NCBI RefSeq assembly: GCF_049243625.1
Contig: NZ_CP046975.1
From: Corynebacterium amycolatum
GTDB taxonomy: Bacteria; Actinomycetota; Actinomycetes; Mycobacteriales; Mycobacteriaceae
DNA: 32,000 nucleotides
Strand: one strand, 5' to 3'
Position 1 is the stretch's first letter. Each line of letters opens with the position of its first letter. Of this stretch, positions 1-8,253 are shown piece after piece. The notes below the pieces were generated by a model. The model did not search any database. It had not been told where the DNA came from and saw only the letters and a program-made list of their open reading frames with translations. A program made the position numbers and the translations under genes.

Positions 1-1269
1 GCGGTGCAGGAAGCAATGCTCGATGTGCTGCGCTTCTGGTCGGATCTCGGCATTGACGGCTTCCGCCTCGACGCTGTTCCTTATCTCTTCGAGCGCGAAG
101 GTACTAACTGCGAGAATCTGCCCGAGACCCACGCTTTTCTGAAGCGCTGCCGCAAGGTCATGGATGAGGAATACCCGGGTCGCGTCCTGCTGGCGGAGGC
201 CAACCAGTGGCCCTCCGATGTGGTGGAATACTTCGGCGACCCGGAGGTCGGTGGCGACGAATGCCACATGGCTTTCCACTTCCCGCTCATGCCACGCATT
301 TTCATGGCGGTGCGCAAGCAGTCCCGCTTTCCCATCTCGGAGATCCTGGAGTCCACGCCAGAGATTCCCTCTTCGGCTCAGTGGGGTATTTTCCTGCGCA
401 ACCACGATGAGCTGACGTTGGAAATGGTCACCGATGCCGAGCGCGACTACATGTACGCCGAGTATGCGCACGATCCACGGATGAAGGCCAACATCGGCAT
501 TCGCCGTCGGCTAGCGCCATTGCTGCAAAATGACCGCACCCAACTCGAGCTTTTCAACGCCCTGTTGTTGTCCCTACCGGGTTCGCCGGTGCTCTACTAC
601 GGGGACGAAATTGGTATGGGCGACAACATATGGCTCGGCGACCGCGATGGCGTGCGCACCCCCATGCAGTGGTCGCCCGACCGCAATGCCGGGTTCTCCA
701 AGGCTGACCCGGGTCGGCTCTACCTGCCCACTATTCAGGATGCGACCTACGGCTACCAGGCGGTCAATGTCGAAAACCAGGCGAGCTACTCCAACTCCCT
801 GTTGAATTGGGTGCGTCGACTAATTCAGGTCCGCAAACGCTATGAGGCTTTTGGACTCGGTGATTTCCGCGAGTTAAACAGCGACACGGCCTCTGTTCTG
901 ACTTATTTGCGCACATTCGGCGACGAAGTACTGCTGTGCGTCAACAACCTGTCCTCCTATCCCGCGGCCGTCTCACTAGATCTGTCCGAGTTCGCCGGTG
1001 CCACACCGGTAGAGCTCACGGGTTCGGTACCCTTCCCCACAATTGGCTCCGATTCCTACCAAATCACGCTTCCTGGCCACGGTTTCTACTGGTTCGAAAT
1101 CCAGCTTCCGCCGGAGACAAACGCCGAATCGAGCGTCTCAATGTCCGCGCTGACAATCCCGGTTGCACAGGCGATATCGGACGCGCCGGTGACGTCATCA
1201 CGCGAGCACTCTGGCACCGCCACCGATGCCAATGCCGATGCCGTCACAAACGCCGATAATAGAGAGTGA
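1..1269 (+). CDS. treS: Trehalose synthase (maltose alpha-D-glucosyltransferase), C-terminal ~420 aa; 5' end lies outside the window
   Basis: The frame is open from the window edge. GH13/TreS blocks are present: [60 protein letters not shown]. The C-terminal tail is low-complexity. A maltokinase gene follows, as in the GlgE pathway. Confidence 0.9.
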   Translation, partial: AVQEAMLDVLRFWSDLGIDGFRLDAVPYLFEREGTNCENLPETHAFLKRCRKVMDEEYPGRVLLAEANQWPSDVVEYFGDPEVGGDECHMAFHFPLMPRIFMAVRKQSRFPISEILESTPEIPSSAQWGIFLRNHDELTLEMVTDAERDYMYAEYAHDPRMKANIGIRRRLAPLLQNDRTQLELFNALLLSLPGSPVLYYGDEIGMGDNIWLGDRDGVRTPMQWSPDRNAGFSKADPGRLYLPTIQDATYGYQAVNVENQASYSNSLLNWVRRLIQVRKRYEAFGLGDFRELNSDTASVLTYLRTFGDEVLLCVNNLSSYPAAVSLDLSEFAGATPVELTGSVPFPTIGSDSYQITLPGHGFYWFEIQLPPETNAESSVSMSALTIPVAQAISDAPVTSSREHSGTATDANADAVTNADNRE

Positions 1270-1301
1270 TCTTTTAAGTCCCGAAAGGCGAATGAACTGA
1301 A

Positions 1302-2654
1302 ATGACTATTCCCACCGCCGATTTCATTGCCGAAGAGCTGGCAGACACACTGGTCAGGATGCGCTTTTTCGCTGACAAGGTCTCAGACATCGACCACGTC
1401 GAGATCCTCGCGCTTGACCCCGTACTGCGCGACAATCCCAACAGTCCCGATGTCGATATCGCATTGGTGAGAGTGCACACCGCCCATTCCGCACCGACCT
1501 ATCAGCTGCCCATCGCTTGGGCGCAGGACGTCCCCGAGGGCCACGAGCAGTCCCTACTGGTTCGCGCCGAGGGCATCGTCGGCTACGACGCTCTGATCGA
1601 TTCGGATGCCATCACGGCACTCGGCCAGAAGCTTTCCGACGAAGGCAAGCTCGGCCGCATGGAACTGCGGCGTGTGCCGGGCTCTGAGCAGCCCCGACCG
1701 GAATCCGGCCGCCCTATGGGAGTCGAACAGTCGAATACCTCGGTCATTTTCGACGACCGCGTGATGTGCAAGTTCTTCCGTCGCCTCTACCCCGGCACTA
1801 ATGCCGATGTGGAGCTGCTGGCCGCACTGGCCCAGGCGGATTGCAAGTTCGTCCCTGAGCTCTACTCCTGGGTAGAGACCACTATTGGCGAGGACACCTA
1901 CACCACCGCCATGCTGCAGGAATTCGCACCGAACTCGGTCGATGGCTGGGAGCTGGCTCTTGGCGCAGTCCGCGACGCCATCCGCGACAGTCAGACCCCG
2001 CTGGAAGATTTGGGCACCGACTTTACCTCCGAAGCCCGTGCGCTCGGCGAAGCAGTGGCCTCGGTGCACAGCAGCCTCGCCGCCGCTGTCGCGGTAAAGG
2101 AACGCCTGACCGGTGCGGAGTTGGTGGCTCCCCTGCGTGCTCGCCTGGACTTCGTCGCTGGTGTGGTGCCACAAATTGCGGAGGTCAAGGATAAAGCGCA
2201 GGCTATCTTCAATCGCGCAGAGGCTGCGGTACCGGAAGGTGGTGCCGTCGTCCAGCGAATCCACGGTGATCTGCACTTGGGGCAGGTATTGCGCACTCCA
2301 AGCTCATGGCGCTTGATTGACTTCGAAGGCGAGCCGTCGCGCCCGTGGGAGGAGCGCCGTCTGCCGGACCACCGCCTGCGCGATATCGCCGGCATGATTC
2401 GATCCTTCGATTATGCCGCTCACTATCCGCTGCTGACAGGACGTGAGGACACCGAGGCAGCGACCGAGCGTGTTGAGCAGTGGGCTCGCCGCAATATCGA
2501 TGCCTTCCTGGAAGGCTATGGCGACAGCAGCGACCCGGTGCTGTTGGAAGCGTTTGTGCTGGATAAGGCCATCTATGAGTGCCTGTACGAAGCCCAGAAC
2601 CGCCCCAACTGGCTGCCACTGCCGCTTGGTGCTGTGCGCTCGCTGTTAGGATAG
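1302..2654 (+). CDS. pep2: Maltokinase (maltose 1-phosphate-forming kinase, Pep2/Mak)
   Basis: A 450-aa ORF starts 32 nt after treS. It carries kinase catalytic blocks VQRIHGDLHLGQVLR and WRLIDFEGEP. The treS-pep2 adjacency is typical of actinobacteria. Confidence 0.85.
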   Translation: MTIPTADFIAEELADTLVRMRFFADKVSDIDHVEILALDPVLRDNPNSPDVDIALVRVHTAHSAPTYQLPIAWAQDVPEGHEQSLLVRAEGIVGYDALIDSDAITALGQKLSDEGKLGRMELRRVPGSEQPRPESGRPMGVEQSNTSVIFDDRVMCKFFRRLYPGTNADVELLAALAQADCKFVPELYSWVETTIGEDTYTTAMLQEFAPNSVDGWELALGAVRDAIRDSQTPLEDLGTDFTSEARALGEAVASVHSSLAAAVAVKERLTGAELVAPLRARLDFVAGVVPQIAEVKDKAQAIFNRAEAAVPEGGAVVQRIHGDLHLGQVLRTPSSWRLIDFEGEPSRPWEERRLPDHRLRDIAGMIRSFDYAAHYPLLTGREDTEAATERVEQWARRNIDAFLEGYGDSSDPVLLEAFVLDKAIYECLYEAQNRPNWLPLPLGAVRSLLG

Positions 2655-2714
2655 GGCTTTTGTCGCAGTAATTTCATAGCGGGGAGTCATCATCCCGCAA
2701 GATAGAGGTCTTTC

Positions 2715-4631
2715 GTGCGTCTGCTCAGCAGAATTCTATCCACTACGCGAGTGCTCTGGCCTTTCTATATCGGGGTCATCATCTGTTCGCTGGCCACCGC
2801 CGCCGCGTCGTTGATTAGCCCTTTCCTCATCCGCGATGCCACCGATGCCATCGTCGGCGCGGTGTCCAGCGATGAAGGCTTGAGCCAAGCGGCGATGTCC
2901 AACACCACTCGCACCGTGATTTGGCTGGTCATCGGACTGCTGATTGCCGATCTGACGCAAACCATCGTGCATAACATCGGTGGTTACCTGGGTGATGTGA
3001 TGACCGCGCGCATGCGCGAGATTCTGTCGACCCGTTACTATGCAAAACTGCTGTCTCTGCCGCAGCGCTATTTCGACAGCCAGGTCACGGGCACAATTAT
3101 CGCCCGCTTGGAACGCTCGATTACCAATATCACGCAATTTCTCCAGGCGTTTTCCAACAACTTCTTCCCGATGTTGTTGACCGTCGGTGCAGTGCTGGCC
3201 ATCACTGCTTGGTACTACTGGCCGCTGGCGGTGCTGCTGATTATCGTTTTCCCGGTCTACACCCTGCTCACCGCATTGACGTCGAGACGCTGGCAAAAGG
3301 TTGAAGCCAAGAAAAACGAACAAATCGATATCGCCGGTGGCCGTTTTGCCGAGGTCATCGGCCAGGTCAAGGTTGTTCGATCCTTCACCGCGGAGCTGCG
3401 CGAGATTGCTTTCTTTGGTTCCCGTTTCCGCCGCACCATCTCCCTGACCCACGAGCAGTCAACGTGGTGGCACCGCATGGATGCCCTGCGCGGCGGCATT
3501 TTGAACGTCATCTTCGCAGGTATCTACCTGCTGCTTTTCCTTCGCACCTTGTCGGGTGAGTTCTCCATCGGCACCATGGTCATGCTCATTCAGCTGATTA
3601 ATATGGCGCGCCAACCGGTGACCATGATGAGTTTCTTGGTCGACGCTGCCCAGCGCGCAGTCGCCGGTTCCCGAGACTACTTCAAGGTTATGGAACTCAC
3701 CCCAGAGGCCCGCACGCAGCCGGAGCTGCTCAGTGCAGCGACCGCGAATAACGGCAACGTCGATCCCACCGCTGAAGGTTCCACCTCAGCCAACGTCGCC
3801 AGCGACAGTGTCTACCGCTCCTCCCTGGAACGCGCAGCCGAGCAGGAGGCTATAGACGCTCCCGTCGTCGACTTCGATGCAGTGGACTTCGCCTACGAAG
3901 AGGACAAGCCGGTGCTCTCCAACGTCAGCTTCCAGGCGTACTCAGGTCAAAAAATCGCCTTGGTCGGCGAATCGGGTGGCGGCAAGTCCACCATCGTCAA
4001 CCTGCTGCTCGGCTTTTATGCCCCGACCGCAGGCCACTTGCGCGTTCTGGGGTCGGATGTCTCCGAGGTTTCCGGTTCCACTCTGCGCGCCGACTCTGCC
4101 GTCGTGTTCCAGGACTCCTCGCTGTTCTCCGGCACGATTCGGGAGAACATCGCCTACGGCAAACCCAACGCTACCGATGAGGAAGTCATCGCTGCGGCCA
4201 AAAAGGCCAATGCCGACGACTTCATTCGCAGCTTCGCCGACGGCTACGACACCACTATTGGTGAGCGAGGGTTGAAGCTCTCGGGTGGCCAGAAGCAGCG
4301 CATCGCTATTGCGCGCGCAATTTTGAAGGATGCTCCCCTGCTCATCCTGGACGAGGCCACTTCAGCGCTGGACACCAAGGCAGAACGCGAAGTTCAGCGT
4401 GGCTTGGACAAGCTGATGGAGGGGCGCACCACGGTTATCATCGCCCACCGCCTGTCCACGATTTCCGATGTGGACACCATCGTTACGCTGCGTGACGGTC
4501 ACGTCGACGAGGTGGGCGCACCCGCCGAATTGGCACAGACTGACGGCATCTACGCCGAGCTGCTGCGCCTGACGGCCTCGGCTTCTGCGGCGGATCGTCT
4601 GCGCCTGAAGAGCTACGGAATCAAGGGGTAA
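2715..4631 (+). CDS. ABC exporter, fused transmembrane and ATP-binding domains
   Basis: GTG start sits 6 nt after AGAGG. The N-terminal half is hydrophobic with about 6 TM segments. Walker A is GESGGGKST, the signature is LSGGQKQRIAIARA, and Walker B is LLILDEATSALD. An unusually long low-complexity linker precedes the NBD. Confidence 0.9.
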   Translation: MRLLSRILSTTRVLWPFYIGVIICSLATAAASLISPFLIRDATDAIVGAVSSDEGLSQAAMSNTTRTVIWLVIGLLIADLTQTIVHNIGGYLGDVMTARMREILSTRYYAKLLSLPQRYFDSQVTGTIIARLERSITNITQFLQAFSNNFFPMLLTVGAVLAITAWYYWPLAVLLIIVFPVYTLLTALTSRRWQKVEAKKNEQIDIAGGRFAEVIGQVKVVRSFTAELREIAFFGSRFRRTISLTHEQSTWWHRMDALRGGILNVIFAGIYLLLFLRTLSGEFSIGTMVMLIQLINMARQPVTMMSFLVDAAQRAVAGSRDYFKVMELTPEARTQPELLSAATANNGNVDPTAEGSTSANVASDSVYRSSLERAAEQEAIDAPVVDFDAVDFAYEEDKPVLSNVSFQAYSGQKIALVGESGGGKSTIVNLLLGFYAPTAGHLRVLGSDVSEVSGSTLRADSAVVFQDSSLFSGTIRENIAYGKPNATDEEVIAAAKKANADDFIRSFADGYDTTIGERGLKLSGGQKQRIAIARAILKDAPLLILDEATSALDTKAEREVQRGLDKLMEGRTTVIIAHRLSTISDVDTIVTLRDGHVDEVGAPAELAQTDGIYAELLRLTASASAADRLRLKSYGIKG

Positions 4632-4636
4632 CGCGA

Positions 4637-4669
4637 CGTCGTCAAGCATGCGGAAAAAGCTTGACGACG
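4637..4669. terminator. Hairpin between convergent genes (possible bidirectional terminator)
   Basis: An 11-bp perfect stem CGTCGTCAAGC / GCTTGACGACG has an 11-nt loop. There is no clear U-tract on either strand. Confidence 0.45.
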
Positions 4670-4688
4670 AGAACCCCCTTGCGCTCTT

Positions 4689-5648
4689 TTACGGACGGGG
4701 AACGATGTAGCGGCCAGCGCCTGGAACGACTTCCACCGTAACTGGCATCGGGAACATGAGGTCACCGTCAGCGTAGGCATTCATCTGGCGTGGCGGGCCA
4801 ATATATTCCACGTAAGCCTTCTTAGCGCGATAGGTACTGACCTCACCGATTTTTTCAACGGTGCCGTCAAATACGGACTTGAAAGCAAGGGCGGCCTTGA
4901 TCCGTCCGGCCTTGCCAATGACGGTGATGTCCATCAGGCCATCGGAGTGGTCTGCAGACGGGCAAATCTTCATACCACCGCCGTAAGAACGGGTGTTGCC
5001 GAAAGCGGCCAGCGTGATGGGATCTTCGAGAACCCGATGGTCGTCAAGCGTGATGCGAAATGGCAGGGAGTGGAAAGCCAAGAATTCGCGGACGATGGCC
5101 AGGTTGTAGCGGTTGCGGCCGTGTGGCCAGGTCATCTGATTGACGCGGTCGGAGACAATGGAGTCGAAGCTGGCACACATGATAGTGCCGAACCAGCGCC
5201 GGTCCCCTGTTGCGCTCGTAATGCGGCCGAGGTCAGTGGTTGTCCAGAAACCGTCGGCGATAACATGAGCAGCATCGCGAGCATTGCCACGCGGCAGATT
5301 GTATTCACGGCCGTGGTCGTTTCCGGTGCCAGCGGGGATAATACCGAGGGGGATGCCGGTCTGTGCCTGTTCCTGCATCGCGAGGTTAATCATGCCGTCG
5401 CCACCGCAAACTGCCAAGGCATCGATTCGGCCGTCGGCGATGACCTCACGAATGAGCTTGCGGGCATCGTCGGGGTTAGCACCTTGTAGAGCGATGACGT
5501 CGATACCGCGATCCGCGAACACTCGACTTGCCCGAGCTGAGGCAATCTGCGAGGCGCCATGACCGGCGTGGGGGTTAGTGACCAGAGCGAGGGTACGAAT
5601 CTTAGTTGTTCCCAGCGGGTAACTGAGATCTTTGTCGTTAGCGTTCAT
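4689..5648 (-). CDS. Diacylglycerol-kinase-family lipid kinase (DAGK catalytic domain)
   Basis: Motifs VCGGDGMINLA and IIPAGTGNDHGRE are present. It is about 319 aa long. It lies next to an FAD oxidase and glpD, as in the mycobacterial Rv2249c-Rv2252 neighbourhood (recalled from memory, not searched). Confidence 0.85.
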   Translation of the reverse strand: MNANDKDLSYPLGTTKIRTLALVTNPHAGHGASQIASARASRVFADRGIDVIALQGANPDDARKLIREVIADGRIDALAVCGGDGMINLAMQEQAQTGIPLGIIPAGTGNDHGREYNLPRGNARDAAHVIADGFWTTTDLGRITSATGDRRWFGTIMCASFDSIVSDRVNQMTWPHGRNRYNLAIVREFLAFHSLPFRITLDDHRVLEDPITLAAFGNTRSYGGGMKICPSADHSDGLMDITVIGKAGRIKAALAFKSVFDGTVEKIGEVSTYRAKKAYVEYIGPPRQMNAYADGDLMFPMPVTVEVVPGAGRYIVPRP

Positions 5649-5779
5649 CGAAGAATTACCTACTTTTACGTGGGCTTTTGACCGGCCGAAACTGGCCTTT
5701 ATGCGGTTTTGCTACCGCACCTAACTAAAGCCTACCAAGAATGATTGACATTTTTCGAGAAAACGTAACGCAATACCGC

Positions 5780-5814
5780 TATAATACAAAGATGTAAAGA
5801 TGTGCTTCTGCACA
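5780..5814 (+). promoter_or_regulatory. Candidate -10 box plus palindromic operator upstream of the FAD-oxidase gene
   Basis: TATAAT lies at 5780-5785. A TGTGC-TTCT-GCACA palindrome at 5801-5814 has partly complementary flanks (ATGTAA ... TTACACAT). Both sit about 60-90 nt upstream of the ATG at 5874. Confidence 0.3.
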
Positions 5815-5873
5815 AGTTACACATAATTCCGCAGTTCAGGCTCTCAGCACCGATGCCCAAGGAGAAGCTCAGG

Positions 5874-7568
5874 ATGTCTAACAAGCTCACGATTCCGTAC
5901 CGCATGCGCTGGTGGGGCTGGGGTGTTGACGGCAACGACAAGCCAATCACCGCGGCCAGCGAGAAGCTCCTGCAGCGCGAAATCGGCATGTCATTGGACG
6001 CAAACAACCCGCCGCGCAATATCGCCGATGTCACCATCTCCGATAGTCGCCTCAGCAACGAGGATGTCGAGGCCCTGGGGGCTATTATCGGCGCGGATGC
6101 CGTCGCCACCGACCATGACACCCGTGTCAAGCACGCGGTCGGCCGCTCCTACCCCGACCTGGTTCGCCTTCGCGCAGCCAAGCTCGATGTCGCCCCAGAT
6201 GCTGTTGTACTACCGAAAACTGAAAAGCATATCGAGGACCTGTTCAAGGTCTGCGCTGAGCGCAAGATTGCAGTCGTCCCCTTCGGCGGCGGCACCTCGG
6301 TCGTCGGCGGCGTGGAGGCTATTGACGGAGGCATGGGTAAGGCCATCGCAGTGTCCATGACCGCCTTTAACAAGATCATCGACATTGACAAGGTCGCTGG
6401 CACCGTCACCGCCCAGACCGGCGTTTTCGGCCCCGACCTGGAAAAGGAGCTGTCCAAGGCCGGCTTCACCGCTGGTCACTTCCCGCAGTCCTTCGAGTAC
6501 TCCACTGTCGGCGGTTGGGTTTCCTGCCGCTCCGCAGGCCAGGAATCCTCTGGTTACGGTCGCATCGACCGCAATGTGATTGGCATGCGCGTCGTCACGC
6601 CAGCCGGCACCATGGAGTTCCGCGACATGCCGTCGTCGGCATCCGGCCCAAACCCGCGTGAGCTTTTCCTGGGGTCGGAGGGCACCCTGGGCATCATCAC
6701 GCATGTGACGATTGCCCTAAATCAGCGTCCGCAAAAGGAGATGCTCTTCGACACCTACTTCTTCAACTCCTTTGAGGAAGCCGCCGAAGAGCTGCGCAAG
6801 TTGGAGCAGAGCGGAAATATCCCGCACCTAGCGCGCATCTCCGACGAGAAGGAAACGCTGTTTGGCCTCACTCAGCTGGGCTCCGCCAGCATGTCCGAGA
6901 AGGTCACAAAGTACCTGAAGCTGCGTGGCATCGATACCCCGTGCATGGTGATTTTTGGCTTCGCCCAGACTGATCCGGTCGGCGCCCGCGTCACCCGTGA
7001 GCGCCTGGCCGGTCGCCTGCTGACCAAGAAGTGCGTCCGCATGGGCTCCATTCCGGGCATGGCTTGGGTTAACCACCGCTTCTCCTCGCCGTACCTGCGC
7101 GATGTCATGATGACCCGCCGCGTCGGTGTCGACACCCTGGAGACCGCCACCACCTGGGATAACGCCGCTACACTGCGCCGCGAAATCGCCTCCGCAATGG
7201 AAACCGCTGGCGAGAAGCACGGCACCCCGGTGTACGTCTTCTGCCACATCTCGCACATGTACGAATCCGGCTGCTCGCTGTACTTCACGTACTTCTTCCG
7301 CGAGACCGAGGGCGAGATTCTCCAGCAGTGGATGGACATCAAGTCCGCGGCATCAGAGGCCATAATGAAATTCGGCGGCACCATCACGCACCACCACGGC
7401 ATTGGCCAGGATCACAGCCCGCAGTACTACGAGGAGAACACCGAATTGTTCGCCAAGGTCATGCGCGCAATTAAGGACGAACTCGACCCCGCTGGCATCC
7501 TCAACCCGGGCAAGTTGGCTACCGGCCCGCGCTCCTTGGAAGAGCGTTACGACGGCAACATGATCTAA
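5874..7568 (+). CDS. FAD-linked oxidase, alkyl-DHAP-synthase-like (PCMH-type FAD-binding domain)
   Basis: I chose the ATG at 5874, 9 nt after AAGGAG. The track ORF starts at a GTG at 5802 that has no SD. Sequence blocks include RMRWWGWG, VVPFGGGTSVVGG and C-terminal THHHGIGQDH / ELDPAGILNPGK, typical of the GlcD/AGPS family. Confidence 0.85.
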   Translation: MSNKLTIPYRMRWWGWGVDGNDKPITAASEKLLQREIGMSLDANNPPRNIADVTISDSRLSNEDVEALGAIIGADAVATDHDTRVKHAVGRSYPDLVRLRAAKLDVAPDAVVLPKTEKHIEDLFKVCAERKIAVVPFGGGTSVVGGVEAIDGGMGKAIAVSMTAFNKIIDIDKVAGTVTAQTGVFGPDLEKELSKAGFTAGHFPQSFEYSTVGGWVSCRSAGQESSGYGRIDRNVIGMRVVTPAGTMEFRDMPSSASGPNPRELFLGSEGTLGIITHVTIALNQRPQKEMLFDTYFFNSFEEAAEELRKLEQSGNIPHLARISDEKETLFGLTQLGSASMSEKVTKYLKLRGIDTPCMVIFGFAQTDPVGARVTRERLAGRLLTKKCVRMGSIPGMAWVNHRFSSPYLRDVMMTRRVGVDTLETATTWDNAATLRREIASAMETAGEKHGTPVYVFCHISHMYESGCSLYFTYFFRETEGEILQQWMDIKSAASEAIMKFGGTITHHHGIGQDHSPQYYEENTELFAKVMRAIKDELDPAGILNPGKLATGPRSLEERYDGNMI

Positions 7569-7893
7569 CCCTGTCGCCGCCAGCTTCGGCCCAACCGCTA
7601 TTTGCTGCTGACCACGGCAAAACCCGGCCTGTCTAGCCGCCAGCCTCGGTTAGCGAGCTAGACTGACCAGTTCACTGGCGTAGATTTCTGGCGACGTTGG
7701 GCCGTCATAAATAAACAGTGAAACGTAATCGTCAAGGGTAAAAGATTCGAGTGCTGCGGTCATTGTCGCTGTCGCTTCTTCCTAGAATTCCAAGCGAGAA
7801 TGCTCGGATGGTGGGATGGGTCGGCTCAATCGGTGCGATTTCGTCCGTGCGACCGCAAACAGCGTGGCGTTTTACATGCCTAAGCGCGTCTTT

Positions 7894-8019
7894 TTAGTTA
7901 CGACCTGTCTGGGGCGGCACGGACTGGAGACAGCAGCAACACATCTGCAGCGATGGTGCAGTAGCGGCGAAAGCTCGGTTCATGGACTCAGAGCGGTTGG
8001 ACGCTGGGTGCATAGCCAT
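7894..8019 (-). CDS. Candidate 41-codon sORF with four consecutive Cys codons (MAMHPASNRSESMNRAFAATAPSLQMCCCCLQSVPPQTGRN)
   Basis: The ATG is preceded by GGAAGGAGA with a 7-nt spacer. The run TGT TGC TGC TGT lies at 7930-7941. I recognise no homology, and it sits in a 680-bp gap between the FAD oxidase and glpD. Confidence 0.3.
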   Translation of the reverse strand: MAMHPASNRSESMNRAFAATAPSLQMCCCCLQSVPPQTGRN

Positions 8020-8253
8020 CGAGGTGTCTCCTTCCTTGTAATCCCCGGGAAATGATTCGCAACTAAGAAAGATTTCTTGAATCAATATCCGTGCCGGTCG
8101 TTGATAATGAACAACTTAGTCTATTTCTAATTGCCTTGCAATGGGTTACGCCCCGAAATAGTTCACGCTCACTACGCACTCCACAACTTCATCACGTACG
8201 CCAGATCGTTTCATCACTATTACCGTCTTCGGGAAAGTCGAGGAAGAAAGACT

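Noticed and set aside
1085-1100. GGTTCGAAATCC, reminiscent of a tRNA T-arm
   Set aside because: It lies inside the treS reading frame (GFYWFEIQ). No acceptor or anticodon stems can be drawn around it.
1554-2276. 240-aa minus-strand ORF inside pep2 (and similar antisense ORFs 2736-3452, 6210-6704, 6872-7402, 9085-9723, 11173-11649)
   Set aside because: These are antisense shadow frames, typical of GC-rich coding DNA. They carry no motifs, are Arg/Ala/Gly-rich, and are fully embedded in genes that have clear family signatures.
5802-5873. GTG-started extension of the FAD-oxidase ORF
   Set aside because: It overlaps the predicted promoter and palindrome. The AAGGAG-ATG at 5874 is a far better initiation site.
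7816-8055. 79-aa plus-strand ORF in the FAD-oxidase/glpD gap
   Set aside because: It has no SD and its sequence is not protein-like (Cys/Arg/His-rich, no motifs). It lies antisense to the better-supported poly-Cys sORF, so I treated it as a chance ORF.
8131-8253. N-terminal extension of glpD in the ORF track
   Set aside because: The extension has no SD and an aromatic/His-rich, non-conserved-looking sequence. The ATG at 8254 has GAGGAAG upstream and gives the usual distance to the FAD Rossmann motif.
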